64,000 bases of DNA from an uncultured Solirubrobacterales bacterium (GTDB taxonomy: Bacteria > Actinomycetota > Thermoleophilia > Solirubrobacterales > Solirubrobacteraceae). This document shows positions 9,348 through 18,817 of this stretch, piece by piece. Location of the stretch: the NCBI GenBank assembly GCA_963785435.1, contig CAWAVE010000008.1, forward strand, positions 178,191 to 242,190, given 5' to 3'. Numbering within the stretch: the first letter of the stretch is position 1; every line of letters begins with the position of its first letter. A program made the position numbers and the translations under genes. The notes below the pieces were generated by a model. That model saw nothing but the letters and a program-made list of their open reading frames with translations, was not told where the DNA came from and ran no database searches.

Positions 9348-9394
9348 CGCAAGTCAGCATGTGGCCGCATCTTGAATCCGCCAAGGGGGCGACT

Positions 9395-9430
9395 GGCGGC
9401 AGTTGGCGCGCATGAGCGCCAACTGCCGCC
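9395..9430. promoter_or_regulatory. perfect 15-bp inverted repeat with 6-nt spacer (ggcggcagttggcgc gcatga gcgccaactgccgcc) in divergent promoter region
   Basis: Read directly; sits between divergently transcribed operons starting at 9347 (-) and 9466 (+): candidate operator. Confidence 0.4.
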
Positions 9431-9465
9431 TACTACCGATCAGGACTTCTCGCTAGGCTCCCCGC

Positions 9466-10614
9466 ATGGGTGTCTCTAAGCCTGAGCCTGGGTCTCTCAG
9501 TACCGACCTGCTTCCAACCCCCGAGGTACTCGCCGACGATCTAAAGGAGATCGTCCACAAACTCGCGGAATGGAAAAGTCGCCCATTGCTTGCGTTGCGA
9601 TCACTACCCTCAGTGCGATTTGCACGAGCGAGCGATGTAGGGCCTCACCAAGGCCCACCAAGCAACGGTGTCATACCGCAGCGCGTAGGGGCTGCTGTGA
9701 GCCGCCTAGCTGACGCACGAAAGCAGGAGGCACTACGAGCGCTCTTTACGTGGAATGATCTGGCCTGCCCCGTTGGCGAGCGGCTAAAGAAAGCCGCCGC
9801 CACGCTCGGCGTACAATACGACACCTTCCGCAAAGGAGCAGAGGCGGATCTGCTTGAGGCGCTTGCCTCCGAGATGTTCCGCGGCGAGCTTGCATGGGCG
9901 ATCTATCAGTTCGAGCCTATGGCATCGATACCTGGCGACTGGGGGGTCAGCAGCTGGTACGAGCTTATCGAGCTTGAACGCAGCTTGGTCATCGATGGCG
10001 ACGACTCACGCAAGCAAACCTGGACAACCCGTATGCGTATGCGCTGTGTCAAACACGACCTGCCACTCCTTGTGACTTCCCAACGCTGGACCGGCGGCGG
10101 CACTGATAAGGCTAGCCGCGAGCCCGGCAAAATTACTATCCTACCGGGCACACTCCCCACTAGAGGATCACCGCGACGTCCCGAGGCCAAGCTGATGGAC
10201 TGTCGTAGATATTCCGACAACGAGCTTAGCTTTTATGTTTACTTGTGGAACCTCGCTGAGATCAGACCTGTAGGCGAAGAGTTCGAGCACAGCTGGCAGC
10301 AAGAGCTAATCGACGAGGTGGGCAGCTTCAGGCCGTATATTGGCTTCGGGACAGAGTCGTTCCCTACAACGACGCGAATTCGCTTGCGCGTCAAGCTGCC
10401 GTACGTTAATGCCAACGTTCTAGGACGACATCTAACAACGCGAAACGGCTCCGTGTCCAGCACGTACGCTGGTGCTGCGCTAACAGCTGGGAGTGCTCCA
10501 ATCCCAATCAAGCAAACAGATTCAGAGGGTTACTATACTTATGAGCCGGAAGAAGTCATCTACCCAGACGTTTACGAGATATGGTGGGGTGACGATATTC
10601 CACCGGGCTCGTAA
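9466..10614 (+). CDS. hypothetical protein, 382 aa (lower-GC, likely horizontally acquired)
   Basis: Long ORF with A/T-richer codons than surroundings; no motif I can assign. Confidence 0.6.
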   Translation: MGVSKPEPGSLSTDLLPTPEVLADDLKEIVHKLAEWKSRPLLALRSLPSVRFARASDVGPHQGPPSNGVIPQRVGAAVSRLADARKQEALRALFTWNDLACPVGERLKKAAATLGVQYDTFRKGAEADLLEALASEMFRGELAWAIYQFEPMASIPGDWGVSSWYELIELERSLVIDGDDSRKQTWTTRMRMRCVKHDLPLLVTSQRWTGGGTDKASREPGKITILPGTLPTRGSPRRPEAKLMDCRRYSDNELSFYVYLWNLAEIRPVGEEFEHSWQQELIDEVGSFRPYIGFGTESFPTTTRIRLRVKLPYVNANVLGRHLTTRNGSVSSTYAGAALTAGSAPIPIKQTDSEGYYTYEPEEVIYPDVYEIWWGDDIPPGS

Positions 10615-10745
10615 CACTTGACAAACGCGCAAGCATAGGTGTATAACTGTGGAGCGCGGGCTCTTGAGCTGACGTGAACTCTCCTGCCGGTTGTGCGTGT
10701 CTCTGAATAGCATTCGGAGATAAGTCAGACCGTCAGGAGATAATC

Positions 10746-11015
10746 ATGGCTGATCCATCCAATGCCGGCGAGCCTCGCATTTGGCTCATCGGGGAGAGAT
10801 GCATGATCCTAGTTCGAGAGTGGAAGCACGGAGACCAAGCCGGTCTCACAGCAGAGCAGGTCTATGTTCGAATCGATGAATACGAAGACATGGCCGAGCT
10901 GACAGGCAACATGACGTGGCCCGAGACGACCAGCGAGAGCCTTGCCGAAGGTCTCGCGACAGGAAAGCTCCAAAGAATCGTATTGCCTTCATCGCCGCCA
11001 CATTCGAGCGACTGA
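10746..11015 (+). CDS. hypothetical small acidic protein (89 aa)
   Basis: ATG preceded by AGGAGA RBS (10733-10738). Confidence 0.45.
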   Translation: MADPSNAGEPRIWLIGERCMILVREWKHGDQAGLTAEQVYVRIDEYEDMAELTGNMTWPETTSESLAEGLATGKLQRIVLPSSPPHSSD

Positions 11016-11145
11016 TCCACCAATTCTCTGGCGGCGACTTCACCCAAAGCCCTTTCTCGCACACCGCCCTACGATCAAGACCCCGGTTCGACACTCTGTC
11101 GGGCCGGGGTCGTTTCATGGATCGCCGATCAACCCAATGAGGCTC

Positions 11146-12759
11146 TCATGGTCTCCCACTTCCATACCGCCCTTCCACGACTACGGCAAACGTCCAGGGC
11201 GTATACGCCGCGACCGTAAATGACGCCAGGCCGTGAGCTTGGAGCGGTAGTCGGTACTTCCCTCGTTCTCCGGCGTTGGAGTTCATCCAGTCGATGAAGG
11301 CTTTGCAGAGAGCTATGCGGGGATCGGTCCGGATACTGACTTCGTAGAACAAGGCAGGTTCAGGCTGCAGTTGGGGAATGCGAGGCTGAAAGGAAACCCC
11401 AAAGGTCACGTCCGCTGGAGGTTTGCCCTTTTCAAGCGAGATGTGGATGTGCCGTTGGTCTCCGTAGTGTTCGTAGTCTTGGGCCTCGACGCTCTTGATT
11501 GGGTGCTGACAACTTGAGCCCTTGCCCGTGTAGCGCGTGTGCGGCGGCAACACGGTTGGGTGGTGCCCACAGACCACGGTACGAAAGAGCTGTCCAGCAC
11601 CAAGCACGAAGCGGGCCACCAGCTCGCGCCCCAGACCGCGCATCCACACTACCCGCACGACCGCGAGACCGAGCGGCGGCTTGTCAGTCATGATCTCGAC
11701 CACGCCGGAGTAGAGCGCCAGTCCTGCTTGGGTGGGACGGGCGGAGACTTCCCACTCGGTACTACCGCCGCCCGTACTCACCAGCCGTCTGGATATGGCG
11801 ATGGCTTGGGGTGACTTCCCGGTGGGTTTGCCTTCGGTGTCGAGGCCGCTCCACAGCGGACAGGTGGCTTCGGCGTTAGTGGCTGAGGCCAGCCTGGCTT
11901 GGCTAACAGACCGCTGAGTCATGGCTTTGGGAGTGGTCGCCGCCGTCCTGCCTGAGTGCTTGAGTGCGACCGTGCCGGGAGGGTGGGTGTAGCGGGCGTA
12001 GGCTTGTCCGGTCACGTCGTCACCTTGAGGCAGCGGGCCGAGGATGGTCGGTGATAGTCCGCCGTGCGGTGCGATCGCGACGCGGTGATCGGTGAACAGG
12101 TTGGAGCGGAAGAAGCCTTCAAGGTTTGGTGTCAGCACGCGCATGGTGGCGGCGCAGATGATGATGTTGGGACTGTGGATGGCGACTTCGAGCTGGTAGT
12201 GCGAGGTCGTTTCCAGACCCGTTCCGTTGCCGTGATAGCCAGGCTGCAAGACCTTGACGCTGAAATCCTTGGTGTCGCCTGCAGGGCCGCCGAGCGTCTG
12301 GGCGCTGGTGAGTGGGTAGTTGCAGCTTGAGCCTGCCGGAGTTGGAGACCGGGCGGCTGAGATCACCAGTTGGCGTAGGTGCACGCGGGAGCTCGGTGGT
12401 TCTTTGTATTCGCCTCCCGATGGCGTCGGCGTGGCATACGGGAGCAGGCGTGTAGGCCCGACCCAGGAGCCGTTACCAAGCTGCACGCGGGCGCTACAGA
12501 CACGGTAGCCCTCTCGCACGACCCACTCCAACCACCACGGACGTTCAGCCTGGATCTCGATGGCGATACGGGCCGGGCCGCTGCCTACGTTGTTGGGATC
12601 GCCGGGTTTGAACGTGGCAGTCGCCGAATGAGCGCAGCTTGAGCCGGGAACGGTGCCGGCGGTAGCGGGCTGAGCCGCCGCCAGCATGAGCGTGGCTGTG
12701 ACCAGCCCCGCCACCCGAATGCGGCTGGCTGGCTTGCGTCCGTTCCGGCGTGCGCTCAT
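11146..12759 (-). CDS. secreted hypothetical protein (~537 aa) with signal peptide; weak metallophosphoesterase-like motifs (TDHRV, GDDVTG, VVCGHHP)
   Basis: N-terminal RRNGRKPASRIRVAGLVTATLMLAAAQPATAG = basic n-region + hydrophobic core + AxA; functional call speculative. Confidence 0.55.
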   Translation of the reverse strand: MSARRNGRKPASRIRVAGLVTATLMLAAAQPATAGTVPGSSCAHSATATFKPGDPNNVGSGPARIAIEIQAERPWWLEWVVREGYRVCSARVQLGNGSWVGPTRLLPYATPTPSGGEYKEPPSSRVHLRQLVISAARSPTPAGSSCNYPLTSAQTLGGPAGDTKDFSVKVLQPGYHGNGTGLETTSHYQLEVAIHSPNIIICAATMRVLTPNLEGFFRSNLFTDHRVAIAPHGGLSPTILGPLPQGDDVTGQAYARYTHPPGTVALKHSGRTAATTPKAMTQRSVSQARLASATNAEATCPLWSGLDTEGKPTGKSPQAIAISRRLVSTGGGSTEWEVSARPTQAGLALYSGVVEIMTDKPPLGLAVVRVVWMRGLGRELVARFVLGAGQLFRTVVCGHHPTVLPPHTRYTGKGSSCQHPIKSVEAQDYEHYGDQRHIHISLEKGKPPADVTFGVSFQPRIPQLQPEPALFYEVSIRTDPRIALCKAFIDWMNSNAGERGKYRLPLQAHGLASFTVAAYTPWTFAVVVEGRYGSGRP

Positions 12760-12928
12760 GTCGTTCCTCCACGGAGCCATACGAGCATGGCGGCACCGTG
12801 GGGAGTGCCGCCATGCTCGTATAGGTCGCTCTACTGGAATGTCATAGGCCGCGACTCTACCGCAATGTCAAGCAGGGGTCTACTCGGATGTCATTGCTCT
12901 GTGAACGGCCTGCGGGAAGGCTGGCCGG

Positions 12929-13216
12929 ATGTCTGCCTCTCCGGCCTTCCAAGCTGCTCTCGGTCTCGCCGTAAAGGCCCGCCGCCAAGAGCTCGCACTA
13001 ACCCAAGAGATGCTTGCCAATGACACCGGCTTGCATCAGCGCTGGCTCTCAAACGTCGAGACCGGCAAGCGCAACCCCAGCTATGGGAGCTTGCGCCGCT
13101 TGGCTGATGGGCTCGGGCTGTCCGCTTCTGAGTTGCTTGCCCGCGCCGAGCAGATCGAGGCGAGCGGTGTCGAGGGGCTCAACGCCTCGGGAGCGGGACC
13201 CTCCCGCTCCCGCTAA
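12929..13216 (+). CDS. XRE-family helix-turn-helix transcriptional regulator (95 aa)
   Basis: LTQEMLANDTGLHQRWLSNVETGKRNPSYGSLRRLADGLGL = classic Cro/C1 HTH. Confidence 0.7.
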   Translation: MSASPAFQAALGLAVKARRQELALTQEMLANDTGLHQRWLSNVETGKRNPSYGSLRRLADGLGLSASELLARAEQIEASGVEGLNASGAGPSRSR

Positions 13217-13423
13217 GCGGATCAAGGGCCGAGCCTCCTCCTGGCGGGCTGCGCGAGCGGAAGCGCCGTAGCGCTTCAGCGAGATCGAGCAGCTTGAGCG
13301 CCCAATAGGGCAAACGCCACGCCGTGACCAGGCCGACAAGGGCGAAGAACTGTGGCGAGCTGGATGCAGCACACCCAAAGGTTTACACCTCGGGTGTAGC
13401 GGAAACGGGGCTGTCCCACACCT

Positions 13424-13438
13424 TGACCTATCAGGTCA
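13424..13438. promoter_or_regulatory. palindrome TGACCTatcAGGTCA ~100 bp upstream of 13538 gene
   Basis: Perfect 6-bp arms with 3-nt spacer, read directly. Confidence 0.25.
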
Positions 13439-13537
13439 CACACCTCTAGCGTCGGCGGCTCCATAAAGCCCAAGCGGCTCCGGCACGGAGATTGAGTCCG
13501 CACCGGAGCCCGGACACGAAGGAGCTGTGAACTCCCC

Positions 13538-13804
13538 ATGCCCGATGAGCAGCCTACCCCTGACCCCACCGAGCTCTACCGCCAGCACGAAATGGAGATC
13601 ATCTATCTCCTGACCGACCCCGAGGACAACCAGCCGCTGTGGGCGCTTGAGGATCTCGCTCGTGAGATGAGTGAGCGCGACATCTTGCCCTACGTCCGCC
13701 GCCTGCAAGAGGCCGGGCTCGTCCACCGCACCTCGGACGGTCACGTCTTCGCTAGCCGCGCGGCCGTCCGCCAAGTCCAGATCGTCGGGCACAACGTCTG
13801 CTGA
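13538..13804 (+). CDS. hypothetical small protein (88 aa), possible winged-helix
   Basis: ORF followed by strong terminator hairpin. Confidence 0.45.
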   Translation: MPDEQPTPDPTELYRQHEMEIIYLLTDPEDNQPLWALEDLAREMSERDILPYVRRLQEAGLVHRTSDGHVFASRAAVRQVQIVGHNVC

Positions 13805-13847
13805 ACCAACCAGCGCAACCTCCGGCACACCACTCAACTCAAAGCTT

Positions 13848-13887
13848 CAGCCCGGCCGCTCCTTGTCTGGAAGGCGGCCGGGCTCGT
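13848..13887. terminator. GC-rich hairpin (cagcccggccgc ... gcggccgggctcg), bidirectional terminator between convergent genes
   Basis: 10-12-bp perfect stem, 13-nt loop, located between + gene ending 13804 and - gene ending 13916. Confidence 0.5.
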
Positions 13888-13915
13888 AAGTCGCGGGAAC
13901 GGCACTTGTGCGACG

Positions 13916-14812
13916 CTACGCAGAGTGGCCGTCCGCTGGCCGCACAACCACCGCGATACCTATCGCCGTGACGTCTCTGACATCGCCGCATATAGCGAGG
14001 CCACTTCGCTCTACGAGGCTCCGCAATGACGCATTGTCAAAGTGCTGAGAACGAAGTCCCTCCGTGGCGCGCAGGCAGTCATCACGCTCATACACATGAA
14101 GCCCGATCGCCTCGTAGCTCGCCTTGCGCGCCTCAATAGAGACCGGTGAGTAAACCGAGATTAGTGCACGCCCCGCCGGTCGCAGCACATCACGTAGTCG
14201 CTGGAGAAGCCCTTCCTGCTTCTCCGGCGTAAGATTGCCGAGTGTATTTGTCATGCAAATCGCGAGGTCGATGTCTTCATCGCCAAAGTCGATGAGGGTC
14301 GCAGCGTCTCCGACTATTAGAGCGACCCGATCTCCCAACTCCTCCTGATGCACTAGAGCGTTGGCGCGGCTAATATTGCTTTCCACGATGTCTACACCCG
14401 TTGCGTCAACGTTCGAGTAGCGTTTCAAGATAGAGAGGATGTCGTCGCCGGTTCCGCAGCCGATGTCGAGCAACCTATAGTTGCTATCTGCCTCTCTAGT
14501 GTCAGCATCCAAGCCGAACACTTCGCGCATGAATGTCGTAAGCAGCTCACGTTCTCCGTCCATCCAACGCTTCAGGAGCCGCGCATGTTCATCGCCTCGC
14601 CAGTGATCAGCGATCCATTTCCGCCAGCGGTCATAGTGATCGCGGTCGAAGAACGCCTCTGAGTCGAGCCATTTTGTCGAGGTACCTACAGCCACGCCGC
14701 CAAGTACCTCCGGTGCGTAGTTGTCCCAAATGGTATCTTCGGCAGCATGGCCACAAATAAGATCAAAGATAGCTGAGGCGTGCTTAAAGATTGTCTTCCT
14801 GATCATGGTCAT
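13916..14812 (-). CDS. class I SAM-dependent methyltransferase (298 aa)
   Basis: Motif I LLDIGCGTGD; lower-GC gene. Confidence 0.8.
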   Translation of the reverse strand: MTMIRKTIFKHASAIFDLICGHAAEDTIWDNYAPEVLGGVAVGTSTKWLDSEAFFDRDHYDRWRKWIADHWRGDEHARLLKRWMDGERELLTTFMREVFGLDADTREADSNYRLLDIGCGTGDDILSILKRYSNVDATGVDIVESNISRANALVHQEELGDRVALIVGDAATLIDFGDEDIDLAICMTNTLGNLTPEKQEGLLQRLRDVLRPAGRALISVYSPVSIEARKASYEAIGLHVYERDDCLRATEGLRSQHFDNASLRSLVERSGLAICGDVRDVTAIGIAVVVRPADGHSA

Positions 14813-15212
14813 GGCGAGCTTTCTTTACATTTCCCTTACTAGGGTACCACCAGACACTCGACGTGTCACTCGCCATGCCCGCATCTACCACAAGAAAGTC
14901 TGGGAACACTATCTTCCACGACTTCGGCAGAAGCCAACTCCAGCCTAGACGCAGCTGAATGCGCGCAAGCATCTGAGCAACACGCGACCTCGGTGGCTCC
15001 TTGTCGAGCGGCGTCTGTCCGAGACGCTCAGTGAGAGCCTGAAGTTCCGCACGCTCGTCTCCAGATAGGGCATCGTAAAGCCGATCTGCTACGAGGGGTA
15101 TACACGCGATACGCGCCGCGCTGTGAGATCGAATCAGCTGTTCGATCTCACCCTGATACTGGTGGTAAACCCACTCGGGATAGATCAGGACGCGCAAGCG
15201 ATGTTTGTGCAC
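14784..15212 (-). CDS. hypothetical protein; annotated from first GTG, but the reading frame stays open upstream to 15596 with no ATG/GTG/TTG (see findings)
   Basis: ORF track; my own translation shows 128 further in-frame sense codons upstream without a canonical start. Confidence 0.45.
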   Translation of the reverse strand: MHKHRLRVLIYPEWVYHQYQGEIEQLIRSHSAARIACIPLVADRLYDALSGDERAELQALTERLGQTPLDKEPPRSRVAQMLARIQLRLGWSWLLPKSWKIVFPDFLVVDAGMASDTSSVWWYPSKGNVKKARHDHDQEDNL

Positions 15213-15880
15213 CGGGCCGCCAGAGGTAGCGACTTCTTGCAGCAGGCTCTCACCTTCATCAAAAAACTGCTTTACATCGTCCTCATCGCGAGAAATGTGA
15301 TCGAGTGAGGAGCCAAAGCGAAAAGAATACGCTATGAGTGAGGCAACGGCGTCGAGATGCAGATAATAACGAAAATTAGGCCGACTCCACAGGCTCAGCC
15401 AGTTCGAGCTAACAGCGTACGTTGAGCGTATGGCTGAAGTAATCGATCCCGTGAGCTGAAGTGGATCGGGTTGATGCGTGGCCTCATCGTCCGACGGAAG
15501 GTAGAGGACAGCTCGCAGTGCATTCAGGATGACGAAGGTCGCGAGCGCAGAGCCGATGGGCGCAGTAAACGTCGAGACGTGGACGACGCTGCGATGCGCA
15601 AGTCAGGGCTACGATCAGGCCGACAATGACGGATGCTACAGCCTGCGCACGAAAACTCGCAAAGAAGCGGTCAGGGCGCCGGGGGCGCTTGATACGTGTA
15701 GGCTTCGGCATATGCGGCAAGCTCGATTAATGGACTCGGGGCGCGACCGAGAAGACTACACGCAACGGCGATCCGGACCGCGTCTGCCCCGACCACTAGC
15801 CCCAAAGCAATGGGATGCAGAAGCGAGGCTCGCCTCGCTCGAGGTGGGCCAGGAGCCCGCCTACGCTAGATGCCAATCTG

Positions 15881-16429
15881 ATGGGGGCCTTCATTTCGGG
15901 GATCTGCGCATCGCTCATCGCAGGCACTATGCTGTGGGCCGTCACGCACCAGGCCGAGGTCGGTTTCCTGATATCCGCGCGACGTCGGCGCTCGCAGGTT
16001 AGGGGTTCATGGCACTCTTATCATCTTTCGCGCGACTCGCTGACCAGCCCGCGTCCGATTTGGGTCGAACATAGGGACGATATTCGGGTTGATCTCTTTG
16101 GTCGTCTTCGTGGTCGGAGTCGTGCCCAATACGGCAAGGCAATGACGTACCGGATATCCGGCGCTATACGCGGTGCAGCGCTTCGTGTCTATCTGAAGAA
16201 TCAGGATGTCCACGAGGCTCCAGCTAGCATCTTGTATCCGAACCTTCTTGGAGGAGATGTCCTGGTGGGAATTATCGTTGGTGAAGACTTTGACCGGCAA
16301 TGGTATGCATCGCCAAGTGTGATGAGCAAGCAATTACTGTCACAGGAACGTCTCACCGCGTTGACCAGAAACCTGCGAATCAATCGGCCGCCACAGCGTC
16401 GTCGAGCGACGGATGTCGTTGACGGCTAA
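15881..16429 (+). CDS. hypothetical membrane-anchored protein (182 aa)
   Basis: ATG at 15881 begins MGAFISGICASLIAGTMLWAV (TM helix). Confidence 0.45.
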   Translation: MGAFISGICASLIAGTMLWAVTHQAEVGFLISARRRRSQVRGSWHSYHLSRDSLTSPRPIWVEHRDDIRVDLFGRLRGRSRAQYGKAMTYRISGAIRGAALRVYLKNQDVHEAPASILYPNLLGGDVLVGIIVGEDFDRQWYASPSVMSKQLLSQERLTALTRNLRINRPPQRRRATDVVDG

Positions 16430-16799
16430 GGTAGGCGATGAGCAAGATCGCGCTCTAGCGGCCTCATCGGGGCCGTCGCGACGCGCACTACCGGTCGTTC
16501 GACACGCGCGTGGTCCCGCGCGGGACGATGTCGGTGGCCTAGGGACATCGGGCGGCAACCGGCATGCGGGCGAAGTCTTCGCCGGAAACCACGCGGGCGT
16601 CGCCAAAGGCGACGATCATCGGTTCGCCGTTCGCGAGGTACGCTGAGAAGCCAATTTCTCGGCGCCTTCAAGTGAACATTGATGCTGCAGGCCGGCGAGC
16701 CGCTGCGACGGTCGTTGTGAGCTACGCGTTCACCGGTATAGATCTTTACTCCCATCGATCCACTATCAAACCCGTTTTCCGAGCTTGAATCTATACCTA

Positions 16800-17171
16800 C
16801 TACGACCCGAAGAGTGCTGAATTCCCCAGGGAGAACAAAGTGGCACAGGCCGAGCCGTCGGTACAGCCCTTGGTATCGATTGATACCCCGTGGCTAGCTT
16901 TTATGCCCCTAACGTCCGCCGCGCCGACCGAGACCTCGTTGCCGCCGCCGCTTCGCTGTAGTAGGTCGACATAGGTGGTGGAGTCCGGCGGCTCAGGGGG
17001 ATGAGCTTCAGTCGTGGCTGGCGTCGGCGGGGTCGGGCTGGGACCTTCAGGCTTCAATCCCAGATACGTCAGCACCGTGGCGACAGCCGCCGCGAGCAGG
17101 ATGGCACCGGCCACACGACCGCGTTTCGATCCACTGTCGTTCCCGGTCGCCATTGGTCTCAAGAGACCCAT
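16800..17171 (-). CDS. hypothetical small membrane-anchored protein (123 aa), Pro/Thr-rich linker
   Basis: TM segment AGAILLAAAVATVLTYLGL then PTPPTPATT linker. Confidence 0.4.
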   Translation of the reverse strand: MGLLRPMATGNDSGSKRGRVAGAILLAAAVATVLTYLGLKPEGPSPTPPTPATTEAHPPEPPDSTTYVDLLQRSGGGNEVSVGAADVRGIKASHGVSIDTKGCTDGSACATLFSLGNSALFGS

Positions 17172-17406
17172 CGCTGGGCCGCTCCTGTCTCCTACGTCTC
17201 GCTAAGGCGACGTGGTCGACTTGCCAGTTGGCAAGAGATCGCTTCGCGCGTGCTGAGCTGTAGACGAGACCGTCGCGCACCGCCGATTGTGCGACACGGT
17301 GCCGTATGGGCAAACAGTATCGGTGATCCATTAGCTAGTAGAGTTCGGCTGACACGATTGACGATATGCCCTGCAGGCGGGTCGCGGACCAGCTGGTGGG
17401 GATGTT

Positions 17407-17775
17407 GTGTCTCGGCCAGAACTATGGAGAACGGGGGACGAAGTGAGCACTCTAATCGTTGGTGCAGCGTTCGCGTTTGTCGTGGTAATCGTAGTGGCGA
17501 TCATCGCGTTGGTCGCGATGCACAAACCGAATGGCAGTGGCGAGAAGGTCGCCTTGGCGACGATCACTGGGCTGTTGAGCTTGATCAGCGGAGTAGGAGG
17601 AAGCCTGCTGGCCACGCACGGTGCCGCGGAAGCGCAAGAAACGACTGCCAACAATGCGGCGAAGGTCGCAAAGCAATCGGGCGAAGTCAATCTAAATCAA
17701 GTAGCGAGCAAAGCAGCGACGAAAGCGGTCGAAGCGAAGAAAGTTGAAGCTAGCGGCCCCGGCAAACGTAAATAG
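17407..17775 (+). CDS. hypothetical membrane protein (122 aa), Ala/Lys-rich tail
   Basis: Two hydrophobic segments; GTG start (alternative GTG at 17443 with GGGGGA RBS). Confidence 0.4.
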   Translation: MSRPELWRTGDEVSTLIVGAAFAFVVVIVVAIIALVAMHKPNGSGEKVALATITGLLSLISGVGGSLLATHGAAEAQETTANNAAKVAKQSGEVNLNQVASKAATKAVEAKKVEASGPGKRK

Positions 17776-17837
17776 AGGTCTGCGCCGGGGCACCGCTGAG
17801 TGTCGCAGACTGCCGCTTGTGCGACACACCCTCTGGC

Positions 17838-18353
17838 TCAGGTTTTTAGGAAGTCAAATAGCAAGGCGCGCCGTGGCAGCGTTGCTCGCGTTAGTTCTTT
17901 TCGGAAGACTTCGACCTGGGCGCGTAGATCCTCCATGCGATTGAAGAGAGTGCCCATGTTCATCTCGGTGTCTGTGGTGATCGGCGGCGAATTCCATGCG
18001 TCGTGGGCCTCGGCGCCTGCGGTACGTTGCGCGACCTTGACGAGCGTTTCGTAGGAAGCCGAGAGCCGTTCGTCGCCATCGGCGGCGAGCAGCACTTGGC
18101 AGGTTGTGAGCTCGGCCTTAACCGTCGAGAAGTGAGCAGCGAGGCGTACTCTCTCGCTGCTGGCATGCTCTGGCTCGTGACGGCGGCGGCGGATCATGAA
18201 CGGCATCTCTTGGTAGGCGAGGATCGCCGCGAGCGATCGGGCGTGCAGATCGCGACGACGTTGACGCTCTGTCCTGTCTCCGCTGAGCCAAAGGCCGGCG
18301 ATGACGCCAACGAATGCGATGATCGAGCCCGCGACTGGGCCGCTGATCTTCAT
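17838..18353 (-). CDS. hypothetical protein with single N-terminal TM helix (171 aa); candidate membrane effector of NTase operon
   Basis: Start taken at MKISGPVAGSIIAFVGVIAGLWL; last gene of 3-gene minus-strand operon. Confidence 0.5.
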   Translation of the reverse strand: MKISGPVAGSIIAFVGVIAGLWLSGDRTERQRRRDLHARSLAAILAYQEMPFMIRRRRHEPEHASSERVRLAAHFSTVKAELTTCQVLLAADGDERLSASYETLVKVAQRTAGAEAHDAWNSPPITTDTEMNMGTLFNRMEDLRAQVEVFRKELTRATLPRRALLFDFLKT

Positions 18354-18370
18354 GCTGAGCAGCGTCGCGG

Positions 18371-18817
18371 TCAGCAACACGGGCAGGCTGCTGGTCTGGG
18401 GTGTGTGCCGGGGGACTCGGGTTTTGGCCAAGGGTTCCCGGCACGGCACTCGGCTTCGCAGTAGGCGTGCTGCTCGACTTGGACGGCGAGGGCGAGCAAG
18501 CCGTCCTCGGGTGTCCATCGGTGCTCAACGGGGTCAGTACTGAACCACATACAGAGGGAGCTGTCCCCCCAGCGGTGCCGCAGACAGACCGGCCCATCGA
18601 TCCAAACCCGGGTCTCCGGTGGGGTTGCCTTGAAGACGGCCTGGACTAGTCGTTGGTGGTCGTGGACGGGTACGTCGATCGCGAAACGGTACGCCAGCCC
18701 AGGCGGGTCGCCGAGCAACTCCCGTTCGAAGGTCATCCCTTCCAGGCGTGCGTCACGCTCGAAGATGATCTGCTCCGCGATTCCTTCAAACCAAGCGGAT
18801 GCCCGGCTACGCACCAT
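18371..18817 (-). CDS. hypothetical Cys/His-rich protein (148 aa), middle gene of NTase operon
   Basis: ATG at 18815-18817 overlaps NTase stop by 11 nt. Confidence 0.5.
   Translation of the reverse strand: MVRSRASAWFEGIAEQIIFERDARLEGMTFERELLGDPPGLAYRFAIDVPVHDHQRLVQAVFKATPPETRVWIDGPVCLRHRWGDSSLCMWFSTDPVEHRWTPEDGLLALAVQVEQHAYCEAECRAGNPWPKPESPGTHPRPAACPCC

Noticed and set aside
16340-16790. Cluster of overlapping ~80-110-aa ORFs on both strands
   Set aside because: They are mutually exclusive with no RBS or motif. One frame has a short conserved-looking peptide (YLANGEPMIVAFGDARVVSGEDFAR) that may be a gene remnant, but it is too short to call.
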